Both the position numbers and the translations under genes were made by a program. Below are positions 31,036-39,714 of a stretch of DNA of 64,000 bases, in pieces. The stretch lies in assembly GCA_963725865.1 (NCBI GenBank), contig CAVSAC010000010.1:32001-96000 (forward strand), read 5' to 3'. The notes under the pieces were generated by a model. It searched no databases, was not told the origin of the DNA, and saw only the letters and a list, made by a program, of their open reading frames with translations. The DNA is from Candidatus Eiseniibacteriota bacterium (GTDB lineage Bacteria > Eisenbacteria > RBG-16-71-46). Position 1 is the first letter of the stretch; every line of letters begins with the position of its first letter.

Positions 31036-32705
31036 CAACCCCTCCCGTGCCGGCGGCGGCGGTGTCGCCGCTGCGGCTCCTCCAGCGCGAGGTCGCACTC
31101 GCGCGCCGGCACATCGACCCGGGCGATGACCACGTCCACGCGATCGCCGAGAGTGAAGCGGCGACGTGAACGGCGGCCGACCATGCGCACACCCGAGGCA
31201 TCGAGATCGAAGCGATCGTCCAGCCACATCGAGGGGCGGACGAGACCTTCCGCGGGAACATCGTCGAGCTCGACGAAGAACCCGGCAGGGATGAACCCCG
31301 CGATGATACCCGAAGCACGCTCTCCAAGTCTCGTCTCGAGATGGCGCAGCGACTTCACCCGCACGGCCTCGCGTTCGGCGTCGGTCGCGGTCTGCTCGGT
31401 GCCGCTGCAGGCGCGGGCCAGTGCCGCGAGCTCCGACGGGTCGACCGCCTCGTCGCGGCTCCCGTGGATCCACGCGCGCACTCGCCGATGGTTGTGGAGG
31501 TCCGGATAGCGGCGGATCGGCGAGGTGAAGTGGCAGTACTCGCGGGTCGCGAGCCCGAAGTGCCCCGCGTCGCGCTCCAGGTAGCACGCACGCGCGAGCG
31601 TGCGCAGCACGAGCCGGTGCACGAGCCGGCGGTGCGCCGGGTCCAGCGACACCGCGAGCAGGCCCTGCAGCGCGCGCGCCGGGTCCGCGAGCGAGCCCGG
31701 ACGGGGCAGTCCGAGGGCGCGCAGCATGGCGTCCAGCTGCTCGAGCTTGCGGGCGTTGGGGGCGTCGTGGACGCGGTAGAGCAGGCCCGCGCGGCGGCGC
31801 GCGCCCTCTTCGCCCACGCAGCGATTGGCGAGCAGCATGAATTCCTCGATCAGCTCGTGGCTCTCGAGATGCGGGCGCCGCTCGATCCGCACGGGGCGGC
31901 CCTGTTCGTCCACCCACGCCTTGATCTCGGGCACCTCGAGCGCGAGTGCCCCCGCCCGCAGCCGCCGCTCGCGCAGCGCGCGCGCCAGCGCTCGCAGGGT
32001 CGTGAGGGCGTGCGCGAGCGGCGCCGGCGGCCCGTGCGCGCCGTCGAACAGCGCCTGCACCTCGCCGTAGTGGAGCCGCTGGCGGCTGCGGATCACCGTC
32101 TCCGCGAGCCGGTAGCCGTGGAGTCCGCCGGCCTCGTCCAGCTCCGCGAGGACCGAGAGCGCCAGGCGGTCGCGGTCGGGCCGCAACGAGCACAGGTCGC
32201 CGGACAACCGCTCGGGCAGCATCGGCACCACGCCGCCGGGCAGGTAGCAGGAAGTCCCGCGCAGGATGGCCTCGGCGTCCAGCGCCGAGCCCGGACGTAC
32301 GTAGTGCGAGACGTCGGCGATGTGGATGCCGACCTCGTGCCGCCCGTGACCGAGGCTGCACACCGAGAGCGCGTCGTCGTGGTCGCGCGCGTCCTCGGGG
32401 TCGATCGTGAAGGTCAGCGATTCGCGCAGGTCGAGCCGGCCGTGCCGCTCGCGCGCGCCCGGCTCGGCATGAGTGTCGGCTTCCGCGAGCGCCGGGTTCG
32501 GGAACCGCCGCCGCAGGCGGAACTGCGAGGCGACGGCATCGTCGTCCCAGGCGGGACGGTCATCGGCGCCCAGCACCTCGACCAGCACGGCGGGCGCGTC
32601 GTCGGGGACCTCGGCGATGCAGTAGTCCCCGTCCTCGGGGGCGTGGCGCCCCATCCAGACCAGCTCGCGCCGCCCCCCGCGCCAGCGGCGCGAGGGGTCG
32701 AACAA
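31035..32705 (-). CDS. rnr: RNase R / RNB-domain exoribonuclease (short N-terminus)
   Basis: TIDPEDARDHDDALS, HIADVSHYV, PMLP..LS..LCSL, IEEFMLLAN, HFGLA...YCHFTSPIRRYPDL, C-terminal S1. Start uncertain (TTG 32705). Confidence 0.85.
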   Translation of the reverse strand: MFDPSRRWRGGRRELVWMGRHAPEDGDYCIAEVPDDAPAVLVEVLGADDRPAWDDDAVASQFRLRRRFPNPALAEADTHAEPGARERHGRLDLRESLTFTIDPEDARDHDDALSVCSLGHGRHEVGIHIADVSHYVRPGSALDAEAILRGTSCYLPGGVVPMLPERLSGDLCSLRPDRDRLALSVLAELDEAGGLHGYRLAETVIRSRQRLHYGEVQALFDGAHGPPAPLAHALTTLRALARALRERRLRAGALALEVPEIKAWVDEQGRPVRIERRPHLESHELIEEFMLLANRCVGEEGARRRAGLLYRVHDAPNARKLEQLDAMLRALGLPRPGSLADPARALQGLLAVSLDPAHRRLVHRLVLRTLARACYLERDAGHFGLATREYCHFTSPIRRYPDLHNHRRVRAWIHGSRDEAVDPSELAALARACSGTEQTATDAEREAVRVKSLRHLETRLGERASGIIAGFIPAGFFVELDDVPAEGLVRPSMWLDDRFDLDASGVRMVGRRSRRRFTLGDRVDVVIARVDVPARECDLALEEPQRRHRRRRHGRG

Positions 32706-32775
32706 CCATCGGCCGCGCGCGAGGACCGCGCGGCCGATGAGTCGCGGAGCGTCGTCGGGGGGCGCCGACGAGGAA

Positions 32776-32871
32776 CTAGCGGATGCGCTTCTTATGGCGA
32801 TTCTTCCGGAGCCGCTTCTTGCGCTTGTGCGTCGCGATCTTCTTGCGCTTCCGCTTCTTTCCCGAACCCAT
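32776..32871 (-). CDS. Small basic AURKAIP1/COX24-domain (bS22/mS38-like) protein, 31 aa
   Basis: GGAGAAGGA RBS then MGSGKKRKRKKIATHKRKKRLRKNRHKKRIR*; below the ORF-track size cut-off. Confidence 0.85.
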   Translation of the reverse strand: MGSGKKRKRKKIATHKRKKRLRKNRHKKRIR

Positions 32872-32903
32872 TCCTTCTCCTCGTGTGGTGGGTGCGACCT
32901 GGC

Positions 32904-33212
32904 TCAGGCCACGGTGGCGACTTCGGGCGTTTCCTGCGCCTCCAGCACCTGGGCCTTCAGCTCCTTGCTCGGCTTGAACACCGGGACGATCTTCGCGGGC
33001 ACCTTGACCTCCTCCCCGCTGCGCGGATTGCGCGCGCGGCGGGCGCGGCGCTCGCGCACCTTGAAGGTGCCGAATCCGCGGATCTCCAGGTGCCGCCCCT
33101 CGGACAGCGCGCGGCAGATGGCGCCCAGCATCTCGTCGACGATCAGCGCCGTGTGGTTCTTCGAGACTCCGGTCTGCGTGGCGACTTCTTCCACCAGTTC
33201 CGCCTTGGTCAT
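32904..33212 (-). CDS. HU/IHF-family DNA-binding protein
   Basis: MTKAELVEEVA...LEIRGFGTFKVRERRARRARNPRSGE...PVFKPSKELK. Confidence 0.95.
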   Translation of the reverse strand: MTKAELVEEVATQTGVSKNHTALIVDEMLGAICRALSEGRHLEIRGFGTFKVRERRARRARNPRSGEEVKVPAKIVPVFKPSKELKAQVLEAQETPEVATVA

Positions 33213-33246
33213 GGCTCGACCTCCTGTCGCTGGGTCTCTTCCTGGT

Positions 33247-33456
33247 TCACGTGGTACGGCGGCACGCGCAATCCGCCGATCCGCAAGGCCCAGGCGCGGA
33301 GGTCGGCCCCCCGCCCGTCACCGCGAAAGCGGAGATGCGCCGTTCGACGCTCCCTTGACCGCATCGGGGGCAGGCCGGCGCGGGAGCATCCGCCCTGGCG
33401 ACCAGGTCCTCGAAGGCCTCGCCGCAGGACGTGCAACGGTACTCGAAGATGGGCAT
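33247..33456 (-). CDS. FmdB-family zinc-ribbon protein
   Basis: MPIFEYRCTSCGEAFEDLV...CPRCG. Confidence 0.88.
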   Translation of the reverse strand: MPIFEYRCTSCGEAFEDLVARADAPAPACPRCGQGSVERRISAFAVTGGGPTSAPGPCGSADCACRRTT

Positions 33457-33514
33457 GCGCTGCATCCTCCGAGTCACAGCCAATGTAGCACGGCCGGAAC
33501 GTCTCGACACCGGA

Positions 33515-33808
33515 TCATCCGCGTGGCTCGCCGGGCGCCCCCGGGGCCGTGACCTCGTCGACGATCCCGACGATCACGGTCCGGATCGGCCCGCGCGGAC
33601 GGCGCAGCACCTGCGCCGCGCTGTTCCCCTCGTCCGCCACCAGCACGTGGTCGCCGGGGCCGGCCTGGGCCGCGTCGACCGCGATCTGCAGCTTGCCGCC
33701 GGCCGTGCCGGCCGCGTCGACGGGCTGCACCAGCATCAGCTTCTGCCCCGCCAGCGCCCGGTGCTTGATGGTCGCCACCACCTCGCCGACCACGCGCGCG
33801 AGGAACAT
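33515..33808 (-). CDS. BMC vertex protein (BMC-P, EutN/CcmL family)
   Basis: MFLARVVGEVVATIKH..L.G.KLMLVQ...AVD...AGPGD.VLV..EG...IVGIVD. Confidence 0.92.
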   Translation of the reverse strand: MFLARVVGEVVATIKHRALAGQKLMLVQPVDAAGTAGGKLQIAVDAAQAGPGDHVLVADEGNSAAQVLRRPRGPIRTVIVGIVDEVTAPGAPGEPRG

Positions 33809-34098
33809 CAGCGGCCGCCGACCATCGCGGGGTCGTGCGTGGCGTGGTCCACGATGCCGAGGATCGCGGCGTCCGCCGGGTTGTCGACATCCGGCAGCGC
33901 GTTGGCAGCCTCGCGTCCGCGGACGTAGAACACGTGCTGGCCCGGCGCGGCGGAGACCAGGTCGATCGCGACCAGCGGCCGCGCGCCCTGGGTGGCGCCC
34001 GCGGCGTCGGTCGGCTCGATCAGCAGCATGCGATGGCCGCGGAACGACGGCACCCGCGCCGTGCACACCACCGTGCCGAGGACCCGCGCGAACAGCAT
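33808..34098 (-). CDS. BMC vertex protein (BMC-P, EutN/CcmL family)
   Basis: MLFARVLGTVVCT...VAIDLVSAAPGQ...GREA...DAAILGIVD. Confidence 0.92.
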   Translation of the reverse strand: MLFARVLGTVVCTARVPSFRGHRMLLIEPTDAAGATQGARPLVAIDLVSAAPGQHVFYVRGREAANALPDVDNPADAAILGIVDHATHDPAMVGGR

Positions 34099-34646
34099 CA
34101 GAACACCTTCGCCTTCATCTGCGCCGCGAGCCGCGGCACCACCACGGATCGCGCCAGCAGCCCCTTCTTGAGCGCCTCGGCGCGGCCGGCCTCGATCGCG
34201 GCCTGGACGTCGCCGACCGCGCCGCTCAGGAACACGACGCCCTTGCCGCCGAGTCCGTTCGCGAGCCGGATGTCGCGCAGCAGCACGTCCGCGGCCTTGG
34301 CGGCGTGGTCGGCCGCGATGATCGCGGCGGCGGCGGTCATGGTCTCGATCACCCCGAGCGCGTCGTGGTCGGCGGGCGGCACGATCCCGCGCAGCGCCGG
34401 TACGACCATCTCGTGGAGCTGCGGGATGAACAGCGAGTCGAGCAGCGTCTCGGCCGCCACCTCGATGCCCCGACGGTACGCGGCACGCACGGTGGCGACC
34501 TCGCCCCCGATCAGCACCCAGTACTTGCCGGGCGAGAGCATGCTGGCCTCGACGAGGTCGACCTCGGCGGTCTTCACCATGGCGTCGCCGACGACGGCGC
34601 CCTGGGCGATGCTGCTGGTCTCGATGGCGGCGATGGCGACGTGCAT
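34098..34646 (-). CDS. BMC tandem-domain shell protein (BMC-T, PduT/HO-T1-like)
   Basis: Two BMC domains: AIETSSIAQG..GDAMVKTA...PGKY..IGGEVA.V and GVIET...AADHAAKAA...GLGGKG...G.VGDVQAA. Confidence 0.9.
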   Translation of the reverse strand: MHVAIAAIETSSIAQGAVVGDAMVKTAEVDLVEASMLSPGKYWVLIGGEVATVRAAYRRGIEVAAETLLDSLFIPQLHEMVVPALRGIVPPADHDALGVIETMTAAAAIIAADHAAKAADVLLRDIRLANGLGGKGVVFLSGAVGDVQAAIEAGRAEALKKGLLARSVVVPRLAAQMKAKVF

Positions 34647-36061
34647 CAGACGATCCGGAACGCGTCCACCAGCGAGCAGCGACGCAGGCGCGTGAAGCTG
34701 CGCGCCGTGGTCATCCCCTCACCGGACGGACTCGCGATGGTGAACGACGTGGGGCCTTCGCCGCCGAACCCGAGGCCGGCGGCGTTGGGGCCGTTCTTGA
34801 CGAAGATGGAGCAGTCGCACAGACGCGCCATCTTCGAGAGCTTGTCGATGTTGCGGGAATGCATCGAGGCGGTGTGCCGGAAGCCGTGCTCGACCAGGAG
34901 CGCCAGGTCGATGGCGTCGTCCACGGTGCGGACGCGCGTCATCGGCAGGATCGGCATCATCATCTCGGTCCACAGGAACGGGTGGTCCTGGTCGACATCG
35001 CACAGCGCGATGCGCTTGCTCGAGTCGCACGGGATCCCGGCCTCGGCGAGGATCGCGTCGATGTTCTTGCCCACGTACTTGCGGTTGATGATCGCGTACT
35101 TGCGCGGGCCCTGCTCCTTCTCGAGCACCAATTGACGCAGCCGTTCGATCTGGTGCGGCTGGAGCACGATCGCGCCGCTGCGCGCGAACGCCTCCTTGAG
35201 CCGGTCGGCGATCATCGCGACCGCGATGACCTCCTTCTCGTCCGTGCAGATGATGTTGTTGTCGAGCGAGGCACCCATCACGAGGTCGCGGGCGGCCTTC
35301 TCGAGATCGGCGGTCTCGTCGACCACCGAGGGCGGGTTGCCGGGTCCGGCGGTGATGGCCTTCTTGCCGGCCGCCATCGCCTCCTTGACGACGCCCGGGC
35401 CGCCGGTGACCACGTTCAGGCGGATGCCGCGGTAGTTGAGCAGCTTCTGCGCGACCTCGATGGTCGGCCCGTCCACCGAGTGCAGCAGCGGTGCCGGTGC
35501 GCCGGCCCGGAGCGCCGCGCGGTTGAACAGATCGATGGTGAGGATCGAGACCTGGCGCGCGCTCGGGTGCGGGCAGAACAGCGCCACGTTGCCGCCCGCG
35601 ACCATCGAGATGCCGTTGTTGATGATGGTCTCGCTCGGGTTCGTGACCGGCGTGATCACCGCGATCACGCCGTACGGCGCGCGCTCGGCGAGCGTCATGC
35701 CGTGATCGCCCGTCCATGTGTGCGGCTCGAGGTCCTCGGGACCCGGGGTCTTCTCGGCCACCAGGCGGTTCTTGAGCAGCTTGTCCTCGACCCGCCCCAG
35801 GCCGGTCTCGCGCACCGCCGTCTCGGAGATCACGCGCAGGTTCGCGAGCATGGTCTCGCGCACCGCGGTGACGATGCGATAGCGCGTGGCCAGCGGCGTC
35901 TGGTCGTAGGCCTTGAACGCCTGCTGCGCCGCGGCGACCGCGGTGTCGAGATCGGGGTGCACGCCGAGCGGCGCTGTCCCCTTCGCCGGACCCGTTCCGC
36001 CGTCGAGCCGCTCCAGCACCTCGGCGACGATGGATTCGATGCGCTTCTCGTCGATCGCCAT
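34646..36061 (-). CDS. BMC-associated CoA-acylating aldehyde dehydrogenase (EutE/PduP-like)
   Basis: N-terminal amphipathic encapsulation-type peptide IDEKRIESIVAEVLERL; ETGLGRVEDK, PVTNP, TGGPGVV, AGPGNPP, catalytic NNIICTDEK, EHGFRHTA, GEG.TSFTIA. Confidence 0.92.
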   Translation of the reverse strand: MAIDEKRIESIVAEVLERLDGGTGPAKGTAPLGVHPDLDTAVAAAQQAFKAYDQTPLATRYRIVTAVRETMLANLRVISETAVRETGLGRVEDKLLKNRLVAEKTPGPEDLEPHTWTGDHGMTLAERAPYGVIAVITPVTNPSETIINNGISMVAGGNVALFCPHPSARQVSILTIDLFNRAALRAGAPAPLLHSVDGPTIEVAQKLLNYRGIRLNVVTGGPGVVKEAMAAGKKAITAGPGNPPSVVDETADLEKAARDLVMGASLDNNIICTDEKEVIAVAMIADRLKEAFARSGAIVLQPHQIERLRQLVLEKEQGPRKYAIINRKYVGKNIDAILAEAGIPCDSSKRIALCDVDQDHPFLWTEMMMPILPMTRVRTVDDAIDLALLVEHGFRHTASMHSRNIDKLSKMARLCDCSIFVKNGPNAAGLGFGGEGPTSFTIASPSGEGMTTARSFTRLRRCSLVDAFRIV

Positions 36062-36076
36062 GGGCGCGGGCCGCCG

Positions 36077-36394
36077 CTACGCGGTCGCCGGGGTGTGCCC
36101 CGGCGCGTGCTTGAGGTAGGTGTCCTTCCCGCCAGTCTCGACCGAGTCCACGATGCCGCAGATCACGGCGTCCACCGGCCGCTCCTTCGACACCTCGGTG
36201 AGTCGCGCGGAGGAGCCCTGGGCGACCATCACCAGCTCGCCGGTGCCCGCCCCCACCGCGTCGGCGGCGACCACGTAGGCCCCCGCCGGCTTGAACGACG
36301 CATCGACCTCACGGACGAGGAGCAGCTTGAGACCCAGCAGGCCGGTGTCCTTGCGCGTCGACACCACGGTGCCGATGACCTGCGCGAGGATCAC
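36077..36394 (-). CDS. BMC vertex protein (BMC-P, EutN/CcmL family)
   Basis: GTG 36394: ILAQVIGTVVSTRKD..L.G.KLLLV...VAADAVGAG.GE.V....GSSAR...DAVICGIVD. Confidence 0.94.
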   Translation of the reverse strand: MILAQVIGTVVSTRKDTGLLGLKLLLVREVDASFKPAGAYVVAADAVGAGTGELVMVAQGSSARLTEVSKERPVDAVICGIVDSVETGGKDTYLKHAPGHTPATA

Positions 36395-36396
36395 GG

Positions 36397-36696
36397 CTAC
36401 TTCTTGCCCGACGGCTCGGGACGGCGGATCGGCAACACGTCCTCGAGCTGGCCGTGCGGACGCGGGATGACGTGGACCGAAACCACCTCGCCCACCTTCG
36501 CGGCCGCGGCGGCACCGGCTTCGGTGGCCGCGCGCACCGCGGCGACGTCGCCGCGCACGATCGCGGTCACGTAGCCGCCGCCGATCTTCTCGTAGTGCAC
36601 CAGCTGCACCCGCGCCGCCTTCACCATCGCGTCGGAGGCCTCGACCATCGCCACCCAACCGCGCGTCTCGATCAAGCCCAGAGCTTCTTCCTGCAT
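36397..36696 (-). CDS. BMC hexamer shell protein (BMC-H, EutM/PduA-like)
   Basis: [10 protein letters not shown]...[11 protein letters not shown]...[20 protein letters not shown]...HVIPRPH. Confidence 0.96.
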   Translation of the reverse strand: MQEEALGLIETRGWVAMVEASDAMVKAARVQLVHYEKIGGGYVTAIVRGDVAAVRAATEAGAAAAAKVGEVVSVHVIPRPHGQLEDVLPIRRPEPSGKK

Positions 36697-36713
36697 GCTA
36701 AGGCTCCTTGTGG

Positions 36714-37022
36714 TCACGGTACCTGCGATGGATCCTCCGCCCGGCTGGGCGGCCCTGCGATCGGTTCTTCGAGCAACGGGTCGGGGGCCGGGATAACGTG
36801 GCGAGTCAGGGGCTCGCCCACGCGCAGCGCGGCGCTCCAGCCGGCCGCCACCGCGGCCTCGACCTCGCCGACGGCACCGCGGACCTGGATGGTGACGAGC
36901 GCGTCCCGGACGATCTCGCAGCGCACGAGGCGCACCCGCGCCGCTTTGCACATGGCGTCCGCCGCTTCGACAGCGGCGACCCAGCCGCGCGTCTCGATGA
37001 GCCCCAGCGCCTCGCGTCCCAC
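36714..37022 (-). CDS. Divergent BMC hexamer shell protein (BMC-H)
   Basis: GTG 37022: [11 protein letters not shown]...[11 protein letters not shown]...EIVRDALVT...RG.VGEV.AAV...HVIPAP. Confidence 0.88.
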   Translation of the reverse strand: MGREALGLIETRGWVAAVEAADAMCKAARVRLVRCEIVRDALVTIQVRGAVGEVEAAVAAGWSAALRVGEPLTRHVIPAPDPLLEEPIAGPPSRAEDPSQVP

Positions 37023-37080
37023 TCCCCGCGCCCGCTCTCCTGGATGAGGTCGAACCCCTAACCTGTTGCTGAACCGACGC

Positions 37081-37110
37081 AAGTTAGCAGGGTGGCTCGG
37101 GCGGGGTCAA
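37081..37110 (-). promoter_or_regulatory. Sigma70-type promoter proximal to the BMC operon
   Basis: TTGACC-N18-TAACTT with extended TG, about 60 nt upstream of the first BMC-H gene. Confidence 0.55.
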
Positions 37111-37299
37111 TGCGATGCGACTCGAGCGGGCGAACGGGAGCGCGCCGGCATGGGCGCGCGGGCTCCGAGCCACGCGAATGCGCGGCGGGAGCGCGCCACG
37201 GGGCAAATTCATGGGCCCCGGCCGCGGCGAGATGTGTAAGCACAGGGTGCAAGATCCCGCGGGCACGGGGCCCTCATATCGTTCCCCGCCCAGACCGTG

Positions 37300-37470
37300 T
37301 ACCGGGCCGTAAGACTCCTTCGCTCGCGATAGGGGGATCAGCCCACAGCCGGCCAATCACGAGTCGAGCAGGGAACACACCTTCAGGCTTTAGACCCTGG
37401 GAGTCTCACCGCTCGCGGTGTCGCGGCCCTGGCTGCGACCTCCGCGCCGGCTCGGCTCACCGGTCGCACC
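37300..37470 (-). ncRNA. Putative structured non-coding RNA of unknown family
   Basis: Begins at the predicted +1 of a consensus sigma54 promoter; at least six compatible helices, with G-U pairs that fit only the minus strand; no credible CDS here. Confidence 0.6.
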
Positions 37471-37481
37471 CATTGACTAGG

Positions 37482-37496
37482 GCAAGCGAGGTGCCA
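37482..37496 (-). promoter_or_regulatory. Sigma54 (-24/-12) promoter
   Basis: TGGCAC-CTCGC-TTGC, an exact TGGCAC-N5-TTGC match in an intergenic region. Confidence 0.8.
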
Positions 37497-37640
37497 GTGG
37501 CGGGAGCACCCGATGGTCGCACCCGATGCAGCCGTGAGGGAGCGTGACCCCTTGAGGTTGCGCCGGAACCTTCGCGTTCCGATGGAGGCCGTGGTGGGGC
37601 GATCGCGCGGTCCGCGGGGCCGGCGATGGGCGCCCTCACC

Positions 37641-37671
37641 CGTCCTTTGCCCAACGTTGGGGGAAAGGGCG
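37641..37671 (-). terminator. Hairpin after the ABC transporter operon
   Basis: Imperfect palindrome CGTCCTTTGCCCAACGTTGGGGGAAAGGGCG just past the stop at 37683. Confidence 0.4.
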
Positions 37672-37682
37672 CGGAGTGGCGC

Positions 37683-38700
<1,018 letters not shown>

Positions 38701-38708
<8 letters not shown>

Positions 38709-39714
38709 GGGACGGCTCCCCGAACGCCTGCACGAGGCCGTCGGCGATCTCGTCCGCGCGCCAGCAGCGCACGCCGTGCCCGGCGACCGGCTCGAGCAGC
38801 GGCGGAGCTTCGCGGCAGCGATCCTGCGCGAGCGGGCAGCGCGGGTGAAAGCGGCAGCCGGCCGGGAACCGGGCTGGATCCGGCACCTGCCCGGGAATGG
38901 TCCGCAGCCGCTCGCGCCGCTCGCCCAGCCGCGGCCGCGACAGCAGCAGCCCCGCGGTGTACGGATGGAGCGGGCGCGCGAACGCCGTCCGCACGTCGCA
39001 CGCCTCCACCACCTGGCCCGCGTACATGACCACCACGCGGTCGGCGTTCTCCGCCACCACGCCGAGATCGTGCGTGATGAGCAGCACCGCCATCGCCAGC
39101 TCGCGGCGCAGCCGGCGGAGCAGGTCGAGGATCTGAGCCTGGATGGTGACGTCGAGCGCCGTGGTGGGCTCGTCCGCGATCAGCAGCGACGGCCGGCACG
39201 ACAGCGCCATCGCGATCATGACCCGCTGCCGCATGCCGCCCGACATCTGGTGCGGGTATTCGTCCACCCGCTGCTCCGGCGACGGGATGCCGACCCAGCG
39301 CATCATCTCGATCGCCCGCGCGCGCGCCACGGCGGCGCTCGCCCGCTCGTGCAGCCGGACCACCTCGGCGATCTGCTCCCCGCAGCTGATCACCGGATTG
39401 AGCGAGGTCATCGGCTCCTGGAACACCATCGAGATCTCGCGGCCGCGCACCGCGCGCATCGCGCGCTCGTCGAGGTCCAACAGCTCGCGGCCCTGGAAGC
39501 GCACGCTGCCGCCGACGATGCGCCCGGGGGGACTGGGGATCAGGCGCAGGATCGAGAGCGCGGTGACGCTCTTGCCGCTGCCCGACTCGCCCACCACCGC
39601 GAGCGTCTCCCCCGCCGCGAGGTCGAACGAGACCCCGTCCACCGCGCGCACGCGCCCGTCGTCGGTCTCGAAGTGGGTCTGCAGATCCCGCAGCTGCAGC
39701 AGGGGTGCGCTCAC
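38701..39714 (-). CDS. Oligopeptide/dipeptide ABC transporter ATP-binding protein (OppD/DppD)
   Basis: GTG 39714; [44 protein letters not shown]. Confidence 0.95.

Noticed and set aside
37440..37560. Cobalamin riboswitch upstream of the BMC operon (CCCGCCACTG on the minus strand)
   Set aside because: The remaining B12 elements (AGGGAA..GGTG..AA.TCC and AG.CAG.AGACC) are absent, and the motif overlaps the better-supported sigma54 -24 box.
37200..37620. tmRNA, RNase P, SRP, 6S, tRNA or group II intron identity for the structured region
   Set aside because: Hallmark motifs were not found by eye (T-arm/CCA end, GAGGAAAGTCC, the SRP helix-8 GGAA..AGCAG motif, domain V). An Rfam scan is still needed to exclude these formally.
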